Shown here piece after piece: positions 28,720 to 37,339 of a stretch of 64,000 nucleotides of DNA. The DNA comes from a virus. The position numbers were made by a program, and so were the translations under genes. The first letter of the stretch is position 1, and every line of letters begins with the position of its first letter. Where the stretch lies: positions 905 to 64,904 of IMG/VR virus record IMGVR_UViG_3300009768_000008; one strand, written 5' to 3'. Under the pieces are notes generated by a model, which was not told where the DNA came from, made no database searches, and was given only the letters and a program-made list of their open reading frames with translations.

Positions 28720-28793
28720 CGGACTCTCCGGGGAACGATCCTGGAACCTTCACCTTAACAGGGTGCCGCTCTACCAGTTGAGCTAAGAGTCCG
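28720..28793 (-). tRNA. tRNA-Asn (anticodon GUU)
   Basis: acceptor GGACUCU/AGAGUCC perfect; D GCUC-AACUGGUA-GAGC; loop CUGUUAA; T-loop AUCGUUC. Confidence 0.55.
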
Positions 28794-28865
28794 TATACTT
28801 AGAAGGATTCCAACCTTCACTTTCAGTTTAGAAGACTGACGTGCTAAGCATTACACCATAAGTAC
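28794..28865 (-). tRNA. tRNA-Arg (anticodon UCU)
   Basis: acceptor GUACUUA/UAAGUAU; anticodon UCAGU-CUUCUAA-ACUGA perfect; T GAAGG-UUGGAAU-CCUUC. Confidence 0.55.
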
Positions 28866-28870
28866 ATATC

Positions 28871-28944
28871 TGGAAGACCCGGAGGTAGTCGAAACCCCAT
28901 CATCACGTTCGTAGCGTGATATCCTTCCATTGAACGACGGGTCC
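28871..28944 (-). tRNA. tRNA-Arg (anticodon ACG), CCA encoded
   Basis: acceptor GGACCCG/CGGGUCU; D GUUC-AAUGGAA-GGAU; anticodon UCACG-CUACGAA-CGUGA; T GGGGU-UUCGACU-ACCUC; 3' UCCA. Confidence 0.55.
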
Positions 28945-28996
28945 TTGTTAAGACCGTCTTCGGTAATATGTACTGTAGTGTGTCATGTCTTCTGTC

Positions 28997-29073
28997 TGGT
29001 AGCTCCTATCCGGGTCGAACGGATGCATTCTCGGTATGTAACACCGAAGCTCTACCACCTGAGCTAAGGAGCT
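28997..29073 (-). tRNA. tRNA-Val (anticodon UAC), CCA encoded
   Basis: acceptor AGCUCCU/AGGAGCU perfect; D GCUC-AGGUGGUA-GAGC; anticodon UCGGU-GUUACAU-ACCGA; T AUCCG-UUCGACC-CGGAU; 3' ACCA. Confidence 0.6.
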
Positions 29074-29136
29074 ATTTGAAGCTCATTATTGAGCTTGAAT
29101 GAGCTGAATATTGAGCTTAATCGGCTCATATATCTT

Positions 29137-29208
29137 GTTCCCCCGTCCGGTAACGATCCGGACCCCACGGATTAAAAGTCCGTTGCCTACACCTGTTTGC
29201 TACGAGGG
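29137..29208 (-). tRNA. tRNA-Lys (anticodon UUU)
   Basis: acceptor UCCCUCG/CGGGGGA (G.U); anticodon ACGGA-CUUUUAA-UCCGU perfect; T UCCGG-AUCGUUA-CCGGA; weak D-stem. Confidence 0.5.
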
Positions 29209-29244
29209 AAAATAAAAAACCCCGGTAGCTGGTGCTCCGGGGTT
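29208..29244 (-). terminator. intrinsic terminator (minus): AACCCCGG-(11 nt)-CCGGGGTT plus TTTTTTATTTT, abutting the 5' end of the tRNA array
   Basis: read directly. Confidence 0.6.
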
Positions 29245-29396
29245 CTTGTTATCTTAAACTTACTTCTAGTTATCCTAGATCAGTACAGACAAATGAACCC
29301 ACGGAGCGTACCTTCTCATCCGCTCTGCGTTCCATAATGCCTATATTGACTGTAAGTAACATTTGCTGTGTAATAGTTTTATGTAGATCTCTGACC

Positions 29397-29440
29397 TACA
29401 ATACAAATATACGTTAGTTCTACAACATGACCAAATTTAT
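29397..29440 (-). promoter_or_regulatory. Bacteroidetes-type promoter (minus): -33 TTTG, a 20-nt spacer containing GTAGAAC, -7 TATATTTG
   Basis: minus strand reads aaTTTGgtcatgttgtagaactaacgTATATTTGtattg. Confidence 0.5.
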
Positions 29441-29760
29441 TTCATCGTTTTTCCTGAGAAAAGTTTGTCGAGTTCTCGTACAGCAATGTTGTACGCTATC
29501 TGTTGAGCTTTCATTTGATCTGTCATTGAGTTATCCAGATCTGGTTTCAGTTCCTCTTCGTTTATAGGATCTATACCTACAATATAAGGTGGAGCTTCAG
29601 ACTTATTCCGGATAGTCTTCTTTACCTGCTTACGACGGTTATAGTGTTTCCGAGGAAGTGGAATCTTCCAACTCCACTCATCTTGTAACCCGATCACTAT
29701 GCTCTTCTTACCTTTCCCAGGTCCGTCAAACGCCGGGTTGTGTTCTACTTCTATCTTCAT
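29437..29760 (-). CDS. hypothetical protein (107 aa)
   Basis: ORF track. Confidence 0.4.
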   Translation of the reverse strand: MKIEVEHNPAFDGPGKGKKSIVIGLQDEWSWKIPLPRKHYNRRKQVKKTIRNKSEAPPYIVGIDPINEEELKPDLDNSMTDQMKAQQIAYNIAVRELDKLFSGKTMK

Positions 29761-29935
29761 GCTTCCTCATTTTTCTGCGGGTACGTTTTTTATCTTTGAT
29801 TATAGTCTTTGCCGGGCCCCACATCAGATAGGTTTCAACTGCTCTTTTCCATGCTTGTTCTCTTTCCTGTTCTTCCTCAGTCATCAAGCGTATAGCACCG
29901 GATCTGTCTTTAAGCATGAGTACCTTGTTACTCAT
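29726..29935 (-). CDS. hypothetical basic protein (69 aa)
   Basis: ORF track. Confidence 0.3.
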   Translation of the reverse strand: MSNKVLMLKDRSGAIRLMTEEEQEREQAWKRAVETYLMWGPAKTIIKDKKRTRRKMRKHEDRSRTQPGV

Positions 29936-30129
29936 TTCTGACCCTTTTTGGTATTGGAGCCCGGGTAAGCCTCGTTGAGTACTATCATCTTCTTAAGCTC
30001 ATCTCTGTGTACCCACTGTACCTTACCCACCGCGGCATAGTACTTCCAGGCCATCTCATCCTGGGGGAGATCACCATTCTTATACAGCTCGACCACACAA
30101 GCCAGGTCTGTATAGACTACTTCACTCAT
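29932..30129 (-). CDS. hypothetical protein (65 aa)
   Basis: ORF track; ATGA-type overlaps. Confidence 0.4.
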   Translation of the reverse strand: MSEVVYTDLACVVELYKNGDLPQDEMAWKYYAAVGKVQWVHRDELKKMIVLNEAYPGSNTKKGQK

Positions 30130-30523
30130 TGGGATTAAGTTTTAAAAGTCGATCCGGATCAAATCCCCTGGTGGCAAATGCCTTGAACGTCTCAGCGTAC
30201 TTGGGGGTCTCAGTTCTCTGAGGCATACCGTAGGTCTCCCCAGCCTGTACACAGAGAGCTGCTATCTTTCGTAGAAACTCCATGGTATACTGGTGTGGTA
30301 CCGATCCCTTATACCATGCCTCTAATGCTTTGTTCAGGTTATACTGAATTGCAGTGATGGTATCTCCAACATGCAGGTCCTGGATCATATCCGGCCTGGT
30401 CGGGTCAGCTATCATCTTTTCCTGGAAGTCACGCTCGGTGTCAATCACCTTATAGACTTCTTCTCTGGTCATAACGGTCGGTTTTTGGTAGACCGGTTCA
30501 AGATCCTGATAGGTTGTATTCAT
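30122..30523 (-). CDS. hypothetical protein (133 aa); first gene of the leftward operon at the divergent control region
   Basis: ORF track. Confidence 0.45.
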   Translation of the reverse strand: MNTTYQDLEPVYQKPTVMTREEVYKVIDTERDFQEKMIADPTRPDMIQDLHVGDTITAIQYNLNKALEAWYKGSVPHQYTMEFLRKIAALCVQAGETYGMPQRTETPKYAETFKAFATRGFDPDRLLKLNPNE

Positions 30524-30759
30524 AACTAAGCTGTTTTAAAAGTGAGGGGGCTTTTACACCCCCTTGGGCTAAGGCAGGTCTGTCAAGTTTCATGAGTTCT
30601 CTACAAATATAAGAAACCAGACTCCAGTTCTCCAAATATTTCTACAAGTTTCCTTGAGCTCATTTTTGAGCCCTAGAACATAGTAATAAGGAATACATGG
30701 TATGTTATAGAGCTCAGATTTGAGCTCAAGGAAAGTTGGACCCAGTTCTCCAAGATACC

Positions 30760-30900
30760 CCCCGGTACTATCGTAGTTTTACGATACCCCCCCGGGTAGT
30801 TTTACTAACCTCGGGTACCGGTATGGTTTGTAGGAGAGGATGGGGGTACCTCTCCCTGATCAACCCCCGCCACCCTCCAAAGAACTCCGTACCCCCCTCA
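30760..30900. repeat. C-rich direct repeats GATACCCCCCGGTAC / GATACCCCCCCGGGTAG / GGGGGTACC / CGTACCCCCCTC in the divergent control region
   Basis: read directly; three to four copies of a TACCCCCC core with GGTACC palindromes. Confidence 0.55.
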
Positions 30901-30931
30901 AATCCAGTGTTAACTTTTAAAAAAACTCTAT

Positions 30932-31168
30932 ATGGAGAAGAATCAAACACCGCTGAACAGCATCGCGCTGACTACCTTCAAACAACTGAACGGTATTGAC
31001 AAGATTTCCGTAAACAAGGGTGACGGACGCATGTTTGCGGACACCGTTGCGGGACGCCTCTACTTCGCGGAGAAGGTGGACCTGAATAAACCCCTGTTCG
31101 TGGCCAAGGGTCAGTACGACAGTTACTGGGTATTCAACCAGAACGTGAAACAGGTGGCAGAGCTTTAA
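30932..31168 (+). CDS. hypothetical protein (78 aa); first gene of the rightward arm
   Basis: ORF track. Confidence 0.4.
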   Translation: MEKNQTPLNSIALTTFKQLNGIDKISVNKGDGRMFADTVAGRLYFAEKVDLNKPLFVAKGQYDSYWVFNQNVKQVAEL

Positions 31169-31458
31169 GCTCTCCCTGTTCACGCAGTACAAAGAGAGCC
31201 GTGGCTTTACGTTACGGTTCTCTTCTACATCTCAAGTCCACCATTCTTTTCACCATTTAACGTTACTGTTCTATGAAACACGTACGAACACTCCGCTTTC
31301 AGTGTTACCAGCTCTTTGTATCCTGGTACACTAAGATCAGCCAAAGGTTTCACGACCTCAGACTCTGCAACATCAAGACACGTTGGCAGGACCATTGTGT
31401 TGTTGTAGTGGTAACTTACTGAGTTTTCCTCTGTAAGATGCTGATTACGAACTGATTG

Positions 31459-31492
31459 TGGGTGTATGACTGAGTGATAGTTATACACCCAC
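31459..31492. other. perfect 10-bp hairpin GTGGGTGTAT-(14 nt)-ATACACCCAC in an ORF-poor tract
   Basis: read directly. Confidence 0.5.
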
Positions 31493-32185
31493 TTCTTTCC
31501 TCATACTCTTCATCCACAGTCAACCTGAATACGGTCGGGCGTGGATCAAATAGCTATAGGCACGGGTGTTCCCTGCCGTATGCAAAACACAACAAACCCA
31601 AGTGGCACAGGGGGTAACTCTCTGCAGGGAGATATAGTAGATGTCTGTAACAAGCTCTATGGTCACACTAGGCATATTGGTAATTATTCTTGGTAAGCCG
31701 GTATATGCCACCGGCTCCAAAAAAACGCTAGAGACCAACGCCGGCACAGTGGACTGGACTACTGGAGGGGATGTGAAGAACCAGATATTAGCTGACTCCC
31801 TGACGTGCTGGTGTTGTTATCTCTACTACACAACTACTGTCTCTTATGTATCAATGCGTCACAACCTGGTTCCCAAGGCTAGGCAGTTGTAATAGGCTCA
31901 AGACTTTTAAGTCTGTAAGTAGTGGAAACAGTTAGGTTCAAATCCTACATATTACAACTGAACGCAGAGGGATATGATACCTGATTTCTCCACCGTTCTA
32001 AAACCTACGCTATATGCCACAGGATCCTTCATTACCGTTTACTATCATTTCAATGTATCCGTCTGTTGAACACCCTGGTAAGGTGGCTGTCCTTGTACAG
32101 TACAAAGATGGTATACAGAAAGTCTTATACCTGACCGACAAGCCTGTCTATGGTATTCAGGTAGAACAATAAAACCGACCCGGAT

Positions 32186-32458
32186 ATGAAACTTGAGACA
32201 AAGAGAAAGCTGTTATTCAGGCTCACTGAAGCCTGGCAGCAGTCCTTCCCGGGACAGTATGGTTACTTCCGGGTGTTTACGCGTCCACCGATTAGGTATT
32301 CTCCACGATACAGGGGAGTAAGGGACACTAAACGCAGAGTTACCGTACAGATCGTACACAGGATGGACACAACAGATAATGCTGTGTACCAGAGCCTGAA
32401 ACAATTCACCAAACCTTTTAATCAGGACTTCCCACACCTGCACTGGCAGTGGTGGTAG
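32186..32458 (+). CDS. hypothetical protein (90 aa)
   Basis: ORF track. Confidence 0.35.
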   Translation: MKLETKRKLLFRLTEAWQQSFPGQYGYFRVFTRPPIRYSPRYRGVRDTKRRVTVQIVHRMDTTDNAVYQSLKQFTKPFNQDFPHLHWQWW

Positions 32459-32476
32459 TCTGCAAATCAACCCGTT

Positions 32477-32698
32477 ATGAAATACTTCACTCTCATCTAC
32501 GGTATTGTGGTATTCCTTCTGGCCACTGTTCTTCTGATCATGGTACCTCAGCGTGTACCTCATATGAACGCAGGTCAGTGGACCATGCTTCTTATGATCT
32601 GTATACTGGGATACTTCTCAGCCGGCCTGTGTTTCTGGGTGTATACCCAGACCAGGAAAGATCCGGTCATGGAAGACTATGCCAGACTGGGTCATTGA
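32477..32698 (+). CDS. small membrane protein (73 aa, 2 predicted TM helices)
   Basis: hydrophobic segments. Confidence 0.4.
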   Translation: MKYFTLIYGIVVFLLATVLLIMVPQRVPHMNAGQWTMLLMICILGYFSAGLCFWVYTQTRKDPVMEDYARLGH

Positions 32699-32992
32699 TC
32701 GTCTTTCCCAATGCACATATTCTCATGTGGTAACATGTCGTACGGCAACGACTATAACAAGTAATAAGGAGTAAGTCACCTCAGATAACATCTCCTACGA
32801 CGTGAAGCCACACTGATTAACCTGTTATAGAAACAGGCTACTGTATATGTAATGCAGTGAAATAAAGTAATCAGTCTCTTCAAGAGATGAGAAAACAGTT
32901 GTAATAAGCTAATACAGGCTGAATAGAGTAAACGTGAAACCTTACGTTACAACTGTTTGTGCAAAGGGATCTCGGCAAGGTGGTGTTAAGCC

Positions 32993-33214
32993 TTGTGCGT
33001 TCAGTGTGGTATATCCATACTGAGGTCACCAGATCTTATTGTTATGTGGGTATTTAACCTTAAGAAATACCAGTTTGACCATATCGCATCTACCATGAGA
33101 AAACATGGTCGTGGTTATGAATGGCATACTGGTGATTACACTGCTATCAAGCTTAAGATAGAAGATTGGAAAGAGTTCTTTCCACACTATCTCAACTCCT
33201 CTGTGGGAGTATAA
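32993..33214 (+). CDS. hypothetical protein (73 aa)
   Basis: ORF track. Confidence 0.3.
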   Translation: MCVQCGISILRSPDLIVMWVFNLKKYQFDHIASTMRKHGRGYEWHTGDYTAIKLKIEDWKEFFPHYLNSSVGV

Positions 33215-33273
33215 ACCGTGTTAAGCACAGAGCGTTCACATAGTTAAAGTATACACTTTAAGGCTAAGCTGTA

Positions 33274-33519
33274 TTGTTTAAACCAGCCCAACTATGTGGG
33301 ATCACCAAATCTTTTTTTATGTATAAGCTCCTTCAATATCACATGATACCCAATCCTGAGTATCTGTTCGGACACGCAGAAATAGCTGGTATGCTGGCCA
33401 ACAACGATGAAAAGGTAAACACCTGGACTAAATATGTTCTGGAGTGTCAGCGTAGGGGTATTATATACTACAGTGAGGAATGTTACAACCAGTTTATGAT
33501 CGACTGTAACCGTCTTTAA
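33274..33519 (+). CDS. hypothetical protein (81 aa)
   Basis: ORF track. Confidence 0.35.
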   Translation: MFKPAQLCGITKSFFMYKLLQYHMIPNPEYLFGHAEIAGMLANNDEKVNTWTKYVLECQRRGIIYYSEECYNQFMIDCNRL

Positions 33520-33726
33520 GATATCCTTCTCTTTAGTGGTACGAGAGAGGTGCTGGGAACAGCCTTAGGTATCGTATATAAATACGCGGACCGGTTTGAC
33601 TGGTCTGAATAATCGTATATGGTATGGCCACACCAATGTCGGTTGGTAAATCTATATTAGGAAAACATGGGAGACTTGGTTCGACGGCTGGGTCTCCCTA
33701 CTTTTTAACTCACCCAAACTCACTAT

Positions 33727-33960
33727 ATGAAAGTCTTCATCATCTTTCTTTTGTCTTGTATGCTCTTGGCATGCAAGGAACATAGTAAACGTCAAGTACT
33801 GTTTCGTGCCAAACAAGTCTGGTCAGATCACATGGGTACAAAAAGAGTGTCTCAGGATGTTTATATCGTGTGGTTTGACAGTGCATACCATGTAGGAGAT
33901 ACTGTGGATGCTGGTCCATGGAATACTTTCAGTTACATACTCTTGGAACGCGTCCGATAA
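33727..33960 (+). CDS. putative lipoprotein (77 aa; lipobox LLAC)
   Basis: MKVFIIFLLSCMLLAC signal plus Cys. Confidence 0.35.
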   Translation: MKVFIIFLLSCMLLACKEHSKRQVLFRAKQVWSDHMGTKRVSQDVYIVWFDSAYHVGDTVDAGPWNTFSYILLERVR

Positions 33961-34026
33961 CCACGCTCCTTCTTTTTTTTCTTTTTTCCCACGTCCTAAA
34001 CCTGATAACTCACCTAAAACAAGTTT

Positions 34027-34287
34027 ATGATCGACTTCCAAATCCCGGATCTTACACTGGATATGTGTAAGGCCGGCCGTGTTTCCGAACACCAGTACTA
34101 TCCCAGACATGTCATCGAACTCCTGGTTGACCAGGAAGGCTACAAACACTGTGGCTGGCTTAATGATGGAATTTTTCCTCCGGCTCTTGATGACTGGATG
34201 GAGGTATACCGTAACTACACCGGCTCCTATACGATCATGGTATCCCATGGTTCTAAGATGCTCTACTGCGTAGACATGGGAGACTAA
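34027..34287 (+). CDS. hypothetical protein (86 aa)
   Basis: ORF track. Confidence 0.35.
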   Translation: MIDFQIPDLTLDMCKAGRVSEHQYYPRHVIELLVDQEGYKHCGWLNDGIFPPALDDWMEVYRNYTGSYTIMVSHGSKMLYCVDMGD

Positions 34288-34367
34288 AATAAATGGTGAG
34301 CTGGGGTCCGCGAGGGCTCTGGCTCACTTAACTTTTTTGTTCACACCCTAAACCAAATAACACCAGA

Positions 34368-34802
34368 ATGAAAAAGCTTTTGCTTATGGTGTCTATACTG
34401 TCATGTCTGGCGGTATCAGCCCAAACCACTTTAACAGTGGAGAGTTACAGGAACCTCTACTCTGTCTTTAATGAAGACGATAAAACCTGGTACAATGTGG
34501 AAGACAACTCGGACAATATCGAGATTGTATTATCCAGTGTTACAAACACACTTGCTGTACATGCAAAGAAAGAACTTCTCTTTCATTACTACGGTGAGTC
34601 CAAAAAGATCTCCAGTCCACTGGATGATGATGCCGGCTATGACGGCATAGAACGTGGCGTATACTGGTATGCAAACGGATACAAGTTCACCGGTGATCTT
34701 CGGGTCATTACGTACAGAAAAGACAAGGCCCACCGGATAGATATATTCTTCCGAAATGCCGCAGATATATACTCTGTATACAGTTACTGGTTCCGAATGT
34801 AA
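34368..34802 (+). CDS. secreted protein with signal peptide (144 aa)
   Basis: MKKLLLMVSILSCLAVSAQT. Confidence 0.45.
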   Translation: MKKLLLMVSILSCLAVSAQTTLTVESYRNLYSVFNEDDKTWYNVEDNSDNIEIVLSSVTNTLAVHAKKELLFHYYGESKKISSPLDDDAGYDGIERGVYWYANGYKFTGDLRVITYRKDKAHRIDIFFRNAADIYSVYSYWFRM

Positions 34803-34856
34803 CCTCAACTCTTTCAAACACAAGTAAATCACCTCAACCTTAAAAACGTAAACAAA

Positions 34857-35441
34857 ATGCGTAAACTTTCATTGTTCTTTGTACTGATTACAGTTACACT
34901 GACATCGTTCTCACAGAACGTCGCCTTCAACCCTTTCTATTCTTCTCAGAAATCCAACATGCTTGGAGCTGATGTATACAATGCATCCAACTCTGGTCTG
35001 ATCCTGGGAGCTGGTTTCTCTTTTGCCCTGCGTACCTATAACGGTACCAGTAAGATCTATGAAGAGAATATCCACATCCTGCAGGATTATCCCATGAGCA
35101 GCAAAGATGTGATCTCTGAGTTCTCTTACTACACCAAACAGGTACACGGTATCGTGGGTTACCAGTTCGGTACTGTATCCGTGGCTACTGAATGGGGTAT
35201 TGCCTGGAGACTGAAATACTGGGCATGTAACAGTCATCTGTCCGGTAATACAGTCATGCTCCCCAACTCCAATCCTTCGGGTGCATACTTCACCTATACC
35301 AAGCTTCCTGAAAAGTTCCTGATGGGTGCAACCGTGGCTATTCCTGTAGTTGGAACAACCAGAGTGTACCTGGGATACAATAACGTGGAACAGTTCAAAT
35401 TCGGAGTATCTCTGCCGATCACACCGATCTTCAGAATGTAA
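34857..35441 (+). CDS. secreted protein with signal peptide; possible outer-membrane beta-barrel (194 aa)
   Basis: MRKLSLFFVLITVTLTSFSQN signal; alternating amphipathic strands; C-terminal aromatic residue. Confidence 0.4.
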   Translation: MRKLSLFFVLITVTLTSFSQNVAFNPFYSSQKSNMLGADVYNASNSGLILGAGFSFALRTYNGTSKIYEENIHILQDYPMSSKDVISEFSYYTKQVHGIVGYQFGTVSVATEWGIAWRLKYWACNSHLSGNTVMLPNSNPSGAYFTYTKLPEKFLMGATVAIPVVGTTRVYLGYNNVEQFKFGVSLPITPIFRM

Positions 35442-35467
35442 TTATCTGATTTCAAATCACCATCTGT

Positions 35468-35728
35468 ATGAGAGTCTTTAAATCTATACCGTTTTGGTCC
35501 TGGGTAAGCTTTTGCTTATGCATAAGTACATTCTGGACCTGGGTGTTCTACCGTCTGCACCCTGCATTATGGGTGCCTACAGTTATTTCTTTACTTATGA
35601 CGCTGATACTTTTCAGAAAAGACAGTCTGGAAAACCAGCGTATTGATAAGAAGTATACTGATCCACCCAGAAAATGTGGACTCATCAAGGACAAAGACGA
35701 TGGGATCTACTGGGACTACAAGAACTGA
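35468..35728 (+). CDS. membrane protein (86 aa)
   Basis: two hydrophobic helices. Confidence 0.35.
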   Translation: MRVFKSIPFWSWVSFCLCISTFWTWVFYRLHPALWVPTVISLLMTLILFRKDSLENQRIDKKYTDPPRKCGLIKDKDDGIYWDYKN

Positions 35729-35911
35729 CACGTTAGGTACCATGGTACTTAGTACGGTCGAATGACATATCTACAACAGGCAGCCGCATCTCCGCCTCTG
35801 GGCCGTGTACGGCTGTTTTCTATCTTCTTTTTCTGGTGAACCTGGTCTCGAAAGGGGCTGGGTTCACCTTGTTATCACTGTAAGAATCAGTGACAAAGAG
35901 GATAATATAGT

Positions 35912-36115
35912 ATGGCAGCTAAAAAAGCTCAACTCATCATCGTTGGGATGTTGAAGCCACTGGGTAACTTAAGTAACTCCTGGGTACGGTGTACATACTG
36001 GTCAACAACTATATTTATTTTCTTGGGGCTTATATCCTTGATTATCCTTGTCTGGACAGTAAAGGCAGGTGTGTACTACTTAAAGAGATTGGTAATCAAG
36101 GTAATTAGTGCGTAA
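35912..36115 (+). CDS. small membrane protein (67 aa)
   Basis: hydrophobic. Confidence 0.3.
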   Translation: MAAKKAQLIIVGMLKPLGNLSNSWVRCTYWSTTIFIFLGLISLIILVWTVKAGVYYLKRLVIKVISA

Positions 36116-36133
36116 CATTAAAAACACTACACC

Positions 36134-36457
36134 ATGAAAGGACTAACAAAAAGAGTACGCCATGTACACTATAAAAGAATGTTGGAGTACTTTGAGAAAC
36201 ACATTGAACAAAAAAAGAAGTCTGTGTTTGGTATCCACTGTATGGGTCTTTGCAGGCTTGTATACCTTTCACTACGTCCTCTGTACAAGTGGGAGTCGGA
36301 CGTTCCTTTTCTGGAGCACTATCCAGAACTTATGGCAAAAAGACCAAAAAGGTATTATGGACCTTTTTGGTGGGATACCAGGATCAAAGATGGAGGACAT
36401 CTCAAACGTATTCGTGCACTTAAAAAGTGCATAGAGGAAACCAAACGAACCTCATAA
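36134..36457 (+). CDS. hypothetical protein (107 aa)
   Basis: ORF track. Confidence 0.35.
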   Translation: MKGLTKRVRHVHYKRMLEYFEKHIEQKKKSVFGIHCMGLCRLVYLSLRPLYKWESDVPFLEHYPELMAKRPKRYYGPFWWDTRIKDGGHLKRIRALKKCIEETKRTS

Positions 36458-36519
36458 CTCACAGCTAACTGACCAGGATATCTTCCTGGTTTTTTAATAC
36501 ACCCACAAACCATCCAAAA

Positions 36520-36894
36520 ATGGAAAAACTTTTTATCGACCTTAACGAAGGTTACATTCATCTTACACTCGGTATCTCTGAAGAACGTGCCCGTGAGCTT
36601 GGAAAAGCTGTGGCAGAAACAGTTAAAAATGCTCGTCAAAACGGCATCATCACAGATGTTGAGAAAGACGGTCAAAAAGGCGTTAAGATCAGCGGTCCGC
36701 GTCTGTTGGAAATCCTGCTGAATGATGTGGCTCAAACTGAACCGGAACGGATCATGTTGATGTCCAAGTTTGAAAGTATGATAAAAGATCTCAGATCTAG
36801 CATGGATGATACTTTTGAACAGCTTAAAGATCTGCTGAAACAGATGAAAGAAGCTCAATCTGCTGGTTCGGATGAGTCTACTACTCAGCTGTAA
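36520..36894 (+). CDS. hypothetical protein, paralog A of a tandem pair (124 aa)
   Basis: clear paralogy with 36978..37310 (MEKLFIDLNEGYIHLTLGISEERARELGK... versus MEKINIVHGPDYLHLNFGITDERAEKLGK...); conserved upstream ACCATCCAA. Confidence 0.5.
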   Translation: MEKLFIDLNEGYIHLTLGISEERARELGKAVAETVKNARQNGIITDVEKDGQKGVKISGPRLLEILLNDVAQTEPERIMLMSKFESMIKDLRSSMDDTFEQLKDLLKQMKEAQSAGSDESTTQL

Positions 36895-36977
36895 AAACAC
36901 TCACACCCTGTTACTCATGTGACAGGGTGTTTCTTAAGTACACAACTATTCCTCATACACCCTAAAACCATCCAAGT

Positions 36978-37310
36978 ATGGAAAAGATTAACATCGTCCA
37001 CGGACCTGACTATCTGCATCTGAACTTCGGTATCACCGACGAACGTGCTGAAAAACTGGGCAAGATCGTCTTTGACGAGATCATAGCCAAAGCTGTCGAG
37101 AGAGGCATCATTGCCACCTACAAAGACGAGAACACAGGAGACGAAGGTCTTACTGTTATTGGTAGCAAACTGGCTGAAGCTCTGCTCAATGAGGTTGCTC
37201 AGACAACTGCTGAACAGATCTTTCTGTTCGTAAGGTTCGATGACCTCCTGAACAACCTGGGCGCGAAGATCATGGTCATGCAGCAAGAAGCTGATGAACA
37301 GGTCGAGTAA
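36978..37310 (+). CDS. hypothetical protein, paralog B of a tandem pair (110 aa)
   Basis: see paralog A. Confidence 0.5.
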   Translation: MEKINIVHGPDYLHLNFGITDERAEKLGKIVFDEIIAKAVERGIIATYKDENTGDEGLTVIGSKLAEALLNEVAQTTAEQIFLFVRFDDLLNNLGAKIMVMQQEADEQVE

Positions 37311-37339
37311 CTCAAATCATCCTGTTACATACCTCTAAA

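Noticed and set aside
31225-31892. Minus-strand ORFs 31225..31488 and 31520..31747, and plus ORF 31641..31892
   Set aside because: They have no operon context on either strand, and the surrounding DNA is stop-dense, so they were treated as non-coding.
31893-31960. Mini tRNA-like element (acceptor GUAAUAG/AUAUUAC plus T-arm UUAGG-UUCAAAU-CCUAC)
   Set aside because: There is no D-arm, and the anticodon arm reduces to a 4-nt-loop hairpin. It is too degenerate to call.
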